A stretch of 64,000 nt of DNA from Clostridia bacterium (GTDB lineage: Bacteria; Bacillota; Clostridia; Oscillospirales; CAG-272), in contig JAFTBN010000062.1 of the NCBI GenBank assembly GCA_017455185.1, positions 867-64,866 on the forward strand, read 5' to 3'. Position numbers and translations under genes: made by a program. Shown here piece after piece: positions 9,008 through 19,235 of this stretch. Position 1 is the stretch's first letter; each line of letters begins with the position of its first letter. The notes beneath the pieces are model-generated. The model was not told the DNA's origin. It made no database searches and was given only the letters and a program-made list of their open reading frames with translations.

Positions 9008-10180
9008 ATGTCGATTGGGGAAGAGTCTTTGAAAAAGCATTACGAATGGGGAGGAAAAATCGAGGTTGTGACCCGTTGCCCCATAGATTCCAGAGAGGAT
9101 TTGTCCCTGGCGTATACGCCGGGTGTGGCGGAGCCCTGCCTGGAAATTCAGAGACATCCGGAGGAATCCTTCCGCCTGACGCGCAGGTCCAACCTGGTCG
9201 CGGTCATCACGGACGGAACGGCGGTGCTTGGCTTGGGTGACATCGGACCTGAGGCCGGCATGCCGGTCATGGAAGGAAAGTGCGCGCTGTTCAAGCGGTT
9301 TGCGGACGTGGACGCGATTCCGTTGTGCATCCGGTCCAAGGACGTGGACGAGATTGTGCGTACGGTCTCGCTGCTTCAGGGCTCTTTCGGAGGCATCAAT
9401 CTGGAGGATATCAGCGCGCCCCGTTGCTTTGAAATCGAGAAGCGGCTCCAGCAGGTCTGCTCGATTCCGGTCTTCCACGACGACCAGCACGGAACGGCGG
9501 TTGTGGTGGCGGCCGCTTTGCTCAACGCGCTCAAAATCGTAAAAAAGAAACTGGAACAGGTGCGCATCGTCATCAACGGGGCGGGCGCGGCCGGCATCTC
9601 CATCGCCAAGCATCTGATGCGGATGGGGGCAAAGAACGTGTCCTTGGTGGACCGGGCCGGTCTGATATACAAAGGAAGCCCGAACAACAACCCCGAGCAG
9701 GAGCGCATGGCGGAACGGACCAATCCGGAGCAGCGCAAAGGGGATCTGCGCGTCGCGCTGCAGGGCGCGGACGTGCTGATCGGCGTCAGCGCACCGGGCG
9801 TCGTAACCGGGGATATGATCCGGGGAATGGCAGCCGATCCGATTGTCTTTCCTATGGCCAATCCGACCCCTGAAATCATGCCGGATCTGGCGCTTGAGGC
9901 CGGAGCCAGAATTGTGGGAACGGGCCGTTCGGATTATCCGAACCAGATCAACAACGTCCTGGCGTTTCCCGGTATTTTCCGCGGTGCACTGGATTGCCGC
10001 GCAACCTGCATCAACGAGGAAATGAAAGTCGCGACTTCCTATGCGTTGGCGGGTCTGATTCCCGATGCGGAGCTGAGCGAAACCAATATTATACCCAACG
10101 CCCTGGATGACCGGGTGGCCCCGGCCGTGGCCAAAGCCGTGGCCGAAGCGGCCAGAAAAAGCGGAGTGGCTCGCCTTTGA
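9008..10180 (+). CDS. NAD(P)-dependent malic enzyme (short, MaeB N-terminal-domain type)
   Basis: 390 aa. Contains LAYTPGVA, VITDGTAVLGLGDIG, a Rossmann string IVINGAGAAGISIAKHL, and NNVLAFPGIFRGAL. Confidence 0.85.
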   Translation: MSIGEESLKKHYEWGGKIEVVTRCPIDSREDLSLAYTPGVAEPCLEIQRHPEESFRLTRRSNLVAVITDGTAVLGLGDIGPEAGMPVMEGKCALFKRFADVDAIPLCIRSKDVDEIVRTVSLLQGSFGGINLEDISAPRCFEIEKRLQQVCSIPVFHDDQHGTAVVVAAALLNALKIVKKKLEQVRIVINGAGAAGISIAKHLMRMGAKNVSLVDRAGLIYKGSPNNNPEQERMAERTNPEQRKGDLRVALQGADVLIGVSAPGVVTGDMIRGMAADPIVFPMANPTPEIMPDLALEAGARIVGTGRSDYPNQINNVLAFPGIFRGALDCRATCINEEMKVATSYALAGLIPDAELSETNIIPNALDDRVAPAVAKAVAEAARKSGVARL

Positions 10181-10204
10181 GTGAGCCGGGGAGCAGAAGA
10201 ATTT

Positions 10205-11068
10205 ATGGAAAAAGAAAAAATCATTCTGGGCATTGACGTCGGCGGGAGCACGACCAAAATTGTCGGATTCCGGAAAAGGATAGACGGCATTGCTCTCATT
10301 GAGCCGCAGTTCATTCGTGCGGCCGACCCGATTACATCCATCTACGGAGCGTTCGGCCGGTTCACGCTGGAAAACGGGCTGGCTCTCCAGGACATTGAAA
10401 AAGTGATGATGACCGGCGTCGGTTCGTCCTTTTTGTCCAAGCCGATTTATGAGCTGCCCTGCGAGAGCGTGAACGAGTTTGAGTGCGTCGGACGGGGAGG
10501 TTTGTACATCTCCGGACTGGACGAGGCGGTTGTGGTCAGTATGGGAACCGGTACGGCCCTGATCCACGCGAAAAGGCCCGGTCCGGATGAAGACATTCAG
10601 ATTGTCTATATGGGCGGCACCGGAATCGGGGGCGGCACCATGATGGGCCTGAACCGGAAGATGCTCGGCGTCGATTCCATCGACCACATCGAGCAGCTGT
10701 GCAGCCAGGGTAATCTGGACAACATCGACTTGCGGGTGAAGGATCTGACTTCCCAGCACAATCTGCCCAAACTGAACAAGGACCTGACGGCTTCCAACTT
10801 CGGCAAGCTGTCCGATCTGGCGACCCCGTCGGACCTGTCGCTCGGCATAGCGAATCTGGTGGCCGAGTCCATCCTGATGCTGTCCGTGTTCGCGGCGCGG
10901 TCCTGCAAACTGGACAAAGTGGTCCTGACCGGGAATCTGACCGGCATGGAAGTCATCCGGGATGTGTTCCGGAAAAACTCGGGCACGTTCGGCATTGACT
11001 TCATCATCCCCGAACGCGCGCAGTTCGGCCCCGTGATCGGAGCCGCCCTGAGCGGTCTGTCCCGCTGA
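10205..11068 (+). CDS. coaW: Type II pantothenate kinase
   Basis: GIDVGGSTTKIV, MGTGTAL, GGTGIGGGTMMGL, NIDLRVKDL and DLTASNFG closely parallel staphylococcal CoaW. I prefer the ATG at 10205 to the track's GTG at 10181, which abuts the upstream stop. Confidence 0.8.
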   Translation: MEKEKIILGIDVGGSTTKIVGFRKRIDGIALIEPQFIRAADPITSIYGAFGRFTLENGLALQDIEKVMMTGVGSSFLSKPIYELPCESVNEFECVGRGGLYISGLDEAVVVSMGTGTALIHAKRPGPDEDIQIVYMGGTGIGGGTMMGLNRKMLGVDSIDHIEQLCSQGNLDNIDLRVKDLTSQHNLPKLNKDLTASNFGKLSDLATPSDLSLGIANLVAESILMLSVFAARSCKLDKVVLTGNLTGMEVIRDVFRKNSGTFGIDFIIPERAQFGPVIGAALSGLSR

Positions 11069-11140
11069 ATCTTAGAGTAAAAAAAGCAGTATCCGCCCGG
11101 CTGTATGCGGAGCGGAATAAGAAAGGTGAGTGTGTTTGAC

Positions 11141-13774
11141 ATGCAGTGGACATCCCTGAATGTATTGAGAGAGAAGTATTTATCCTTTTTTGAATCCAAA
11201 GGACATTTGCGCCTGCCGTCCTTTTCGCTGATTCCGGATCATGACAAGAGCCTTTTGCTCATCAATTCCGGTATGGCACCGATGAAGAAATTCTTCACAG
11301 GCGAAGTGGAACCGCCCCGCCGTCGCGTGACGACCTGCCAGAAGTGCATCCGTACGCCCGACCTGGAGCGAGTGGGCCATACGGCCCGTCACGGGACCTT
11401 CTTTGAAATGCTCGGCAATTTTTCTTTCGGAGATTATTTTAAGGAGGAAGCCATCACCTGGGCCTGGGAGTTCCTGACTCAGGTGCTTGAGATTCCCGAA
11501 GACCGTCTGTGGCCTTCCATCTATGAAAATGACGAGGAGGCTTTCGATCTGTGGACCAAGAAAATCGGGCTTCCCGCCGATCGCGTGACGCGTCTGGGCA
11601 AGGAGGACAATTTCTGGGAACACGGTTCCGGTCCCTGCGGCCCATGCTCGGAAATTTATTTCGACCGCGGTGAAAAATACGGATGCGGGAAACCGGATTG
11701 CCGTCCGGGATGCGACTGCGACCGGTATATGGAGATCTGGAACAACGTCTTTTCCCAGTTCAACAACGACGGAAAGGGGAACTATACCGAACTGTCGCAG
11801 AAGAACATCGACACCGGTATGGGTCTGGAGCGTCTGGCCTGCGTGATGCAGGGCGTGGACAACATGTTCGAGGTGGATACCATCCGCAACATCCTGGACA
11901 AGGTCTGCTCGATTTCGGGCAAGACATACGGGGCCGATCCGAACGGTGACATTTCCATCCGCGTCGTGACCGACCACATCCGTTCGGCCATGTTCATGAT
12001 TGCGGACGGCGTGACTCCTTCCAACGAGGGTCGCGGATATGTGCTTCGCCGCATTCTGCGCCGGGCCTGCCGTCACGGCAAACTGCTGGGCATCAACCGC
12101 CCGTTTCTGGTGGAACTGTGCGAGGTCGCCATCGGCGAGTCGCAGGGCGCTTATCCCGAACTGGACGAAAAGAGAAATTACATTGAAAAAGTCATCTCCC
12201 TGGAGGAGGAACGGTTTGACGCGACCATTGACGCCGGCCTTTCCATCCTGAGCAACCTGACCAAGGGCCTTTTGCAGAAGGGAAGCGATACGATTTCGGG
12301 CGAGGAGGCGTTCAAACTCTATGACACCTTCGGCTTCCCGCTGGATCTGACGCGTGAAATCGCGGCGGAGAACCACCTGAAGATCAACGAGGGGGACTTC
12401 TCGGCCCTGATGGAACAGCAGAAAGCCCGCGCCCGCGCCGCCCGGGGCAACATCAGCGGCTGGAGCGACACGACCAAGACCATGCTGTCCCATCTTCCCA
12501 AAACCGAGTTCACCGGATACAGCGAGTATCGCAGCGACGCCAAGGTTCTGGCCATCTTCTCGTCCAACGAGGCGGTGGAAACCGTAAGCGAGGGCGACTG
12601 CTCCGTCGTGCTTGACCGCACTCCGTTCTACGGCGAAGGAGGCGGACAGGTCGGGGATACCGGTACGATTTACACAGAGGGCGGAACCCTGCTGAATGTA
12701 ACGGACACAAAGAAGTCCGACGGAGTGTTCCTGCATTTCTGCACCGTGCTCAACGGCGTTCTTCACGTCGGCGATACGGTCAAGGCGGACATTACGGATA
12801 TGAGGCGCGATGCCATTCGTCGCAACCACTCGGCCTGCCATCTGCTTCAGGCGGCTTTGCGCGCCGTCCTCGGCACCCATGTGGCGCAGGCCGGTTCGTA
12901 CGTGGACGAGGAGCGCTGCCGGTTTGACTTTTCCCATTTCGCGGCGATGACGCCCGAGGAAATTGCCAAAGTGGAGCATCTGGTCAACCTGAATATCATG
13001 CTGGGCATTCCGGTTGTGACGACGGTCACCGACGTGGAAACCGCCCGCGCATCCGGCGCAATGGCGCTCTTTGACGAGAAGTACGGCAATGAGGTCCGCA
13101 TGGTGGAAATGGGAACCTTCTCCAAGGAACTGTGCGGAGGAACACACGTGGACAACACAGGCCGGATTGGTCTGTTCAAGATTGTTTCCGAGACATCCGT
13201 GGCTGCCGGCATCCGCCGTGTGGAAGCGGTTACCGGTTACAACGTGTTGCGGCTGCTCAATGAAAAGGAAGCGCTGATCGAAAAGACACGTCAGGAACTC
13301 AAGGTTCCGAACAGTTCGGATCTGCCTCATCGCGCGCATGCTCTTCAGGAGGAAATCGCGGAGCTGCATCATGAAGTGGAAACCCTGCAGGGCAAACTTG
13401 CTTCGGTGCAGAAGGACGCGCTCCTGGCCAAGGCGAAGACCGTGGGTTCGGTCCGGCTGCTGGCCGAACGGATGGAGTCCGGTATGGAAATCGCCCGTGC
13501 CATGGCCGATCAGCTTAAGGCCGAACAGCCCGATCTGGTCGCGGTAATGGCCGTCACGGAAGGTGAAAAACTGAACTTTTTGGTCGTGGCGGGTGCCGAT
13601 GCGGTTGCAAAAGGCGCGCACGCAGGAAAACTGGTCAGCGCAGTGGCCCAGTTGACCGGGGGACGCGGAGGCGGACGTCCGGACAACGCAATGGCGGGCG
13701 GACGGGACCTGAGTCAGGTGAACGCCGCGCTTGAAGCGTCCGCGGCTTTACTGGAGTCGCAGTTGAAACATTGA
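11141..13774 (+). CDS. alaS: Alanine--tRNA ligase
   Basis: The typical N-terminus is MQWTSLNVLREKYLSFFESKGH. Also present are FTGEVEPP, the WNNVFSQF motif, the editing-domain HSACHLLQ, and a C-terminal DHHA1-like end. I prefer the ATG at 11141 (after AAGGTGA) to 11105. Confidence 0.95.
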   Translation: MQWTSLNVLREKYLSFFESKGHLRLPSFSLIPDHDKSLLLINSGMAPMKKFFTGEVEPPRRRVTTCQKCIRTPDLERVGHTARHGTFFEMLGNFSFGDYFKEEAITWAWEFLTQVLEIPEDRLWPSIYENDEEAFDLWTKKIGLPADRVTRLGKEDNFWEHGSGPCGPCSEIYFDRGEKYGCGKPDCRPGCDCDRYMEIWNNVFSQFNNDGKGNYTELSQKNIDTGMGLERLACVMQGVDNMFEVDTIRNILDKVCSISGKTYGADPNGDISIRVVTDHIRSAMFMIADGVTPSNEGRGYVLRRILRRACRHGKLLGINRPFLVELCEVAIGESQGAYPELDEKRNYIEKVISLEEERFDATIDAGLSILSNLTKGLLQKGSDTISGEEAFKLYDTFGFPLDLTREIAAENHLKINEGDFSALMEQQKARARAARGNISGWSDTTKTMLSHLPKTEFTGYSEYRSDAKVLAIFSSNEAVETVSEGDCSVVLDRTPFYGEGGGQVGDTGTIYTEGGTLLNVTDTKKSDGVFLHFCTVLNGVLHVGDTVKADITDMRRDAIRRNHSACHLLQAALRAVLGTHVAQAGSYVDEERCRFDFSHFAAMTPEEIAKVEHLVNLNIMLGIPVVTTVTDVETARASGAMALFDEKYGNEVRMVEMGTFSKELCGGTHVDNTGRIGLFKIVSETSVAAGIRRVEAVTGYNVLRLLNEKEALIEKTRQELKVPNSSDLPHRAHALQEEIAELHHEVETLQGKLASVQKDALLAKAKTVGSVRLLAERMESGMEIARAMADQLKAEQPDLVAVMAVTEGEKLNFLVVAGADAVAKGAHAGKLVSAVAQLTGGRGGGRPDNAMAGGRDLSQVNAALEASAALLESQLKH

Positions 13775-13784
13775 GGAGGAACGC

Positions 13785-14546
13785 ATGGGAAACGATTCGA
13801 TTCAGGAGAACAGGAAGCGCACGCTGGATGAAGTGCGGCGGCGCAAGATGGAAGAGGAGAAGGCACGCCGGAAAAAGTACAACCGGATCATGCTGATTGT
13901 CAGCATCGTGATCATTGTCGCCGCACTTGCCGTTGTGCTGGTTTCCGTTCTGAGCAACGTGGATTTCTCCCCGAAAATGAAGGACATTGATTTTTCCCAG
14001 GTGGATCTGAGCAAATGCCAGGTCAGTCAGACCGAAACGGATTACGTCCTGATGACCATCAAGGACCACGGGCAGGTACTCATCCGCCTCTATCCCAAGG
14101 TCGCTCCGCTGACCGTGAAAAATTTCAAGGATCTTGTTTCCAAAGGATTCTACGACGGCCTGACCTTCCATCGGATTGTGGACGGATTTATGGCGCAGGG
14201 CGGGGATCCGCAAGGAAATGGTAACGGAGGTTCCGGCACTACCATCAAGGGAGAATTCAAGAGCAACGGTGTGAACAACAATCTGTCTCATGTGCGGGGC
14301 GTTGTGTCCATGGCCAGAGGAAGCAATTCCATGGATTCGGCTTCCAGCCAGTTCTTTATCTGCTACGATGACGTTTCTTCGACCCTGGACGGCAAATATG
14401 CCTCGTTCGGTTATGTCTGCGCCGGCATGGAGGTCATGGACGGTCTGCTGAAGGTGGAAAGAACAATGAACAGCCTGGGCGAGAGAGCAACGCCGGTTGA
14501 ACCCGTCATCATCGAAAGCATGCAGTTCGTCACCGTCAAGGGATAA
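13785..14546 (+). CDS. Membrane-anchored cyclophilin-type peptidyl-prolyl cis-trans isomerase
   Basis: A basic N-terminal segment and one TM helix (IMLIVSIVIIVAALAVVLVSVL) are followed by FHRIVDGFMAQGGDPQGNGNGGSG and SQFFICY. Confidence 0.85.
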   Translation: MGNDSIQENRKRTLDEVRRRKMEEEKARRKKYNRIMLIVSIVIIVAALAVVLVSVLSNVDFSPKMKDIDFSQVDLSKCQVSQTETDYVLMTIKDHGQVLIRLYPKVAPLTVKNFKDLVSKGFYDGLTFHRIVDGFMAQGGDPQGNGNGGSGTTIKGEFKSNGVNNNLSHVRGVVSMARGSNSMDSASSQFFICYDDVSSTLDGKYASFGYVCAGMEVMDGLLKVERTMNSLGERATPVEPVIIESMQFVTVKG

Positions 14547-14591
14547 CGGACCGACGGGTCGGCTGAGCGGCAGCTCATAAAAAGGAAAAAC

Positions 14592-14634
14592 AAAAAGACC
14601 GGGAAGTGTTGAGTAGGGCTTCCCGGCCTTTTTG
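14592..14634. terminator. Bidirectional rho-independent terminator between the convergent PPIase and rpsT genes
   Basis: CCGGGAAG (14599-14606) pairs with CTTCCCGG (14619-14626). An A-run lies on the left and a T-run (CCTTTTTG) on the right. Confidence 0.8.
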
Positions 14635-14665
14635 TCTGAACCGATATCGGTGTTATTGTCTTGAA

Positions 14666-14929
14666 TTAAGCCATTGCGTTTAACTTCTTCGTCAGCTGGC
14701 TCTTTTTGCGGGCGGCGGCGTTCTTGTGGATGATACCACGAACTGCGGCCTGATCCGCACGTTTGACGGCAGCGGTATATGTAACCTTCGCTGCTTCCTT
14801 GTCTCCGGCAGCAACAGCGGCATCGAACTTCTTGATTTCGTTCTTCAGCTTTGTGCGAAAGATCTTATTCTGGAGAGCTTTTGTCTCGGTCGTTTTGACA
14901 CGCTTTTTTGCAGATTTAATGTTCGGCAA
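14666..14929 (-). CDS. rpsT: 30S ribosomal protein S20
   Basis: (M)PNIKSAKKRVKTTETKALQNK... I prefer the TTG start at 14929, which lies downstream of the GAAAGGA Shine-Dalgarno. The track's ATG at 14941 overlaps that SD. Confidence 0.9.
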   Translation of the reverse strand: MPNIKSAKKRVKTTETKALQNKIFRTKLKNEIKKFDAAVAAGDKEAAKVTYTAAVKRADQAAVRGIIHKNAAARKKSQLTKKLNAMA

Positions 14930-15011
14930 GATACATACCATCCTTTCTGAAGAGTAGTTGTTGGAAGTTCAACGGGCTGAGAGGGCCCCACTGGTTTCAA
15001 CAAGCGTTCCT

Positions 15012-15040
15012 ATCATAGCACAACTCGCAAAAAAAAGCAA
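15012..15040 (-). promoter_or_regulatory. Promoter for rpsT
   Basis: Minus strand: TTGCTT (15040-15035), a 17-nt spacer, and TGcTATGAT (-10 at 15017-15012). Confidence 0.55.
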
Positions 15041-15078
15041 TATCTTTTTTAAAAGAAAAAATTTTTTTGAGAAATCGC

Positions 15079-15107
15079 TTGACAACCGGTTTCGGGGGTG
15101 ATACAAT
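15079..15107 (+). promoter_or_regulatory. Consensus promoter for rpoB-rpoC
   Basis: TTGACA (15079-15084), a 17-nt spacer, and TACAAT (15102-15107). It is followed by an AT-rich leader of about 160 nt. Confidence 0.7.
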
Positions 15108-15267
15108 GATAAACTGCATTATAATCGCTTTCTTTGCTCTTTTTTCAAAAAATGTGCAAAAAAAGTCCGTTTAAAAGTAAATTTTTGCGAACTGTTTTGA
15201 TAATTTTTTGTAAATTTTTGGAAGGGAAGCGCGTATCCGCAAATTTATAATTGGAGTGATTTAGCCA

Positions 15268-18200
15268 ATGTTAAACTTAATGGAGCGATTGAAGATTACG
15301 GAACAAACCGTAGGCCGTAACAAGAGGTACAGCTTTTCGAAGACCAGAAGTGCTGTCGATCTGCCGAATCTTGTTGAGATTCAGACCAAGTCCTATCAGT
15401 GGTTTCTGGACAAGGGCCTGAACGAGGTCCTCCGGGATGTTTCGCCGATTACCGATATCTCCAACAATCTGGTTATCGAGTTCCTGGGTTACAGCATCGG
15501 TCATGGTCCGAAGTATTCGATCGACGAATGCAAGGAACGCGATGAGAACTACACGATGACACTGAATATGATGGTCCGTCTGACCAATATGACGACGGGC
15601 GACATTCAGCACGACGAGGTCGTGATGTGCGAGTTCCCGAAGATGACCGAAACCGGAACATTCGTCGTGAACGGCGCAGAGCGCGTGATCGTTTCCCAGA
15701 TTATCCGTTCCCCCGGCATGTACTATGAGTCCGCCATCGACAACCGTACGGGTCAGCGCACCTATACCGCGACGGTCATTCCGTACCGCGGCGCATGGCT
15801 GGAGTATGAACTGGATGCCAACAACGTCCTGTGGGTCAAGATTGACAAGACCCGCAAAGTTCCCGCGACCGTGCTGGTCCGTGCCCTGGGCGTACCGGGC
15901 AAGGAGGACATCAAGGATCTGTTGGGCGGCGAGGCGATCCTGGACGCGACATTCGCCAGAGACGAGAGTGACGCCAACTCAATGAGTACGGGCGGACAGC
16001 TTTCGGTGACGGACGCGGCCCTGATTGAAATCTACCGCAAACTCCGTCCGGGTGAAATCGCTTCTCCCGAGGCGGCCCAGACCCTTCTGAACAACAACTT
16101 CTTTGACGCGCGCCGCTATGACATCGCGGCAGTCGGCCGTTACAAGTTCAACAAGAAGATGGCAATCGGAAGCCGGCTTGCAGGCTGCAAGCTGAGCCGT
16201 GACGTGATATCGGTCCTGAGCGGGGAAGTCCTGTTTGAGGCAGGTCACATCCTTTCCGCGAAGGATGCCGAACTGATCGAGCAGAACGGCGTGTACGAGG
16301 CGGAGGTCGAATCCGAGAGCGGCAAGCCCGTCAAGGTGCTTTCCAATCATACGCTGGAACCGGTTTATGTGTTCGGCTTTGATTTCTCCGAAATCGGACT
16401 GACCGAAAAGATGTGCCTGACCCCCATGCTCGACATCCGGGACGCTTGCGCGGATATCAGCGACCCCGAGGAGTACCGCGCGGCCGTGCTGAAGATGGCC
16501 CGGGAACGTGCGGCCGATCTTTCCCCCAAGCACATCACCATTGATGATATTTTCGCTTCCATTAACTATATGCTCGGCCTTCCTTACGGAATCGGCAACA
16601 TTGACAACATCGACCATCTGGGCAACCGCCGCATCCGTTCGGTCGGCGAACAGCTCCAGAACCAGGTCCGGATCGGCTTTGTCCGCATGGACAAGATGAT
16701 CAAGGAAAGAATGACCACTTCGGACAGCGAGGCGGTCACCATCCGTTCCCTGGTCAACACCCGTCCGATCAATGCGGCAATCAAGGAGTTCTTCGGATCC
16801 TCCCAGCTGTCGCAGTTCATGGACCAGAACAACCCTCTGGCCGAACTGACGCACAAGCGCCGTCTGTCCGCACTCGGCCCCGGCGGTCTGACCCGTGACC
16901 GTGCTTCGTTCGACGTGCGTGACGTTCACTATACGCATTACGGACGTATGTGCCCGATTGAGACGCCTGAAGGCCCGAACATCGGTCTGATTTCCTATCT
17001 GACCACGTACGCGCGCATCAGCGATTACGGCTTTATTGAAGCGCCGTACCGCAAGGTCGACAAAGAGACCGGCATCGTAACCGACGAAGTCGTCTATATG
17101 ACGGCTGACAAGGAAGACGCGTTCATCATCGCACAGGGCAACGAGCCTCTGGATGAGAACGGCCGGTTTGTCAACGCGAAGGTAACCGCACGCGACCGGG
17201 ATCAGTTCGTCGAAGTTCCGGCCGGCCGTGTGGATTATATGGACGTTTCCCCGAAGATGGTCGTGTCGGTTGCCGCCGCCATGATTCCGTTCCTGGAGAA
17301 CGACGACAACTCCCGTGCCCTGATGGGTGCGAACATGCAGAAGCAGGCCGTGCCGCTGATGATTACCGAGTCTCCGATTGTGGGAACCGGTATGGAATAT
17401 AAAGCGGCTGTGGACTCGGGCGTTGTGGTGTGCTCGGATGTGGACGGCATCGTGGACAGGGTCGAGGCAGACAAGATTGTCATCGAACTGGAGGACGGAC
17501 ACAAGAAAGTCTTCGAAATGCGCAAGTTCAAGCGGACCAACCAGGGTACCTGCTTCAACCAGAGACCGATTGTCCGCCGCGGCGACCGCGTCAAGGTCGG
17601 AGACGTCATTGCGGACGGACCGGCAACCTGCGACGGCGAAATCTCGCTGGGTAAGAACGCATTGATCGGCTTTATGACCTGGGAAGGTTATAACTACGAG
17701 GACGCGGTTCTTCTGAACGAAAGAATGGTGCGGGAGGACATCTATACCTCCTTGCACATTGAGGAATATACGCTTGAAGCGCGCGACACCAAACTGGGGC
17801 CGGAATCCATTACACGTGAAATTCCGAACACCAGCGAGGACGTGCTCAAGGACCTGAACGGCGAAGGCATCGTCAAGAAGGGAACCGAAGTCCGCGCGGG
17901 AGATATCCTGGTCGGTAAGGTCACCCCGAAGGGCGAAACCGAGCAGACGCCCGAAGAGCGGCTTTTGCATGCAATCTTCGGCGACAAGTCCAAGGACGTT
18001 CGCGACACATCCCTGAAGATGCCGCACGGCGAATCCGGCGTGGTGGTGGATACAAGGGTCTATACGCGTGAGAACGACCATCTGTCGACCGGCGTGGTCA
18101 AGAAGGTCTGCGTATACATCGCGCAGAAGCGCAAGATTTCCGTCGGAGACAAGATGGCGGGCCGCCACGGCAACAAGGGTGTCGTTTCGCGCATTCTGCC

Positions 18201-19233
18201 CCCCGAGGATATGCCGTTCCTGCCCGACGGAACACCGCTGGACATCGTGCTCAATCCTCTGGGCGTGCCTTCCCGTATGAACATCGGGCAGGTGCTTGAG
18301 GTCCATCTGGGCATTGCGGCCAAGAAACTGGGCTGGAAGATTATGACGCCTGTGTTCGACGGCGCAAACGAACGGGATATCAAGGAATGCATGAAAGCAG
18401 CCGGCATGTACCGCGACATCTTCCCGCTGGAGAATCCCGAAGGCAAGGAATTGTATGAAAAGGTCGTCAACGAGGAGACCGGCGAGGTCACATACAGGCA
18501 GCTGACCGATGAAGAGGCAGCCGACAAGGCTTACACTGAAAACCTGCGGCTGAAGAAGTGCCTCAAACTCGTAGACGGCAAGACCGTTCTGTACGACGGC
18601 CGTACCGGCGAGCCTTTCGACAACCCGGTCACCGTCGGTATCATGTATTATCTGAAACTGCACCATCTGGTTGACGATAAGATTCACGCCCGTTCCAACG
18701 GCCCGTACTCTTTGGTCACACAGCAGCCTTTGGGCGGTAAAGCGCAGTTCGGCGGCCAGCGTTTCGGTGAAATGGAAGTCTGGGCGCTTGAGGCGTACGG
18801 CGCGGCTTATACGCTGCAGGAAATCCTGACCATCAAGTCGGATGATATCAACGGCCGCCGCAAGACCTATGAAGCCATTATCAAGGGACAGAACATCATG
18901 AAGCCCGGCGTGCCGGAATCCTTCAAGGTGCTGGTCCGCGAACTTCAGGCCCTGGCTCTGGATGTGCGGATTCTGGACCAGAACGGCAATGAAATGTCTC
19001 TGGCACAGCTTTCGAATGAGGAAGAGTTCCCGAAACATGATAATACATTCGTTCCGAGCGAAGGACAGCAGCTGGACGATGAGGATCTGTACGGCGGGCT
19101 GATGGACGATCAGCTGTCTGACGCGGATCCGTCCGAATTGGAGAACAACGGTTACTCGGTATTGGACGAGAACGGTCAGTTCGAAGAAGAGGTTTACCAA
19201 GAGGAAGACAATCAGGATGAGGAGGAGTTTTAA
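15268..19233 (+). CDS. rpoB: DNA-directed RNA polymerase subunit beta
   Basis: 1321 aa. Unmistakable RpoB blocks are present: [70 protein letters not shown] and [20 protein letters not shown]. The exact start is uncertain (15268 or 15280). Confidence 0.97.
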   Translation: MLNLMERLKITEQTVGRNKRYSFSKTRSAVDLPNLVEIQTKSYQWFLDKGLNEVLRDVSPITDISNNLVIEFLGYSIGHGPKYSIDECKERDENYTMTLNMMVRLTNMTTGDIQHDEVVMCEFPKMTETGTFVVNGAERVIVSQIIRSPGMYYESAIDNRTGQRTYTATVIPYRGAWLEYELDANNVLWVKIDKTRKVPATVLVRALGVPGKEDIKDLLGGEAILDATFARDESDANSMSTGGQLSVTDAALIEIYRKLRPGEIASPEAAQTLLNNNFFDARRYDIAAVGRYKFNKKMAIGSRLAGCKLSRDVISVLSGEVLFEAGHILSAKDAELIEQNGVYEAEVESESGKPVKVLSNHTLEPVYVFGFDFSEIGLTEKMCLTPMLDIRDACADISDPEEYRAAVLKMARERAADLSPKHITIDDIFASINYMLGLPYGIGNIDNIDHLGNRRIRSVGEQLQNQVRIGFVRMDKMIKERMTTSDSEAVTIRSLVNTRPINAAIKEFFGSSQLSQFMDQNNPLAELTHKRRLSALGPGGLTRDRASFDVRDVHYTHYGRMCPIETPEGPNIGLISYLTTYARISDYGFIEAPYRKVDKETGIVTDEVVYMTADKEDAFIIAQGNEPLDENGRFVNAKVTARDRDQFVEVPAGRVDYMDVSPKMVVSVAAAMIPFLENDDNSRALMGANMQKQAVPLMITESPIVGTGMEYKAAVDSGVVVCSDVDGIVDRVEADKIVIELEDGHKKVFEMRKFKRTNQGTCFNQRPIVRRGDRVKVGDVIADGPATCDGEISLGKNALIGFMTWEGYNYEDAVLLNERMVREDIYTSLHIEEYTLEARDTKLGPESITREIPNTSEDVLKDLNGEGIVKKGTEVRAGDILVGKVTPKGETEQTPEERLLHAIFGDKSKDVRDTSLKMPHGESGVVVDTRVYTRENDHLSTGVVKKVCVYIAQKRKISVGDKMAGRHGNKGVVSRILPPEDMPFLPDGTPLDIVLNPLGVPSRMNIGQVLEVHLGIAAKKLGWKIMTPVFDGANERDIKECMKAAGMYRDIFPLENPEGKELYEKVVNEETGEVTYRQLTDEEAADKAYTENLRLKKCLKLVDGKTVLYDGRTGEPFDNPVTVGIMYYLKLHHLVDDKIHARSNGPYSLVTQQPLGGKAQFGGQRFGEMEVWALEAYGAAYTLQEILTIKSDDINGRRKTYEAIIKGQNIMKPGVPESFKVLVRELQALALDVRILDQNGNEMSLAQLSNEEEFPKHDNTFVPSEGQQLDDEDLYGGLMDDQLSDADPSELENNGYSVLDENGQFEEEVYQEEDNQDEEEF

Positions 19234-19235
19234 CC

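Noticed and set aside
8999-10759. 586-aa minus-strand ORF; also 7513-8544 (343 aa) and 7713-8369 (218 aa) opposite fumC
   Set aside because: They are antisense to the malic enzyme, coaW and fumC. They have no motifs and biased composition.
11069-11140. T-box leader upstream of alaS
   Set aside because: The spacer is only 72 nt and has no T-box or specifier structure.
11180-13621. 813-aa minus-strand ORF
   Set aside because: It is antisense to alaS. Same GC artefact.
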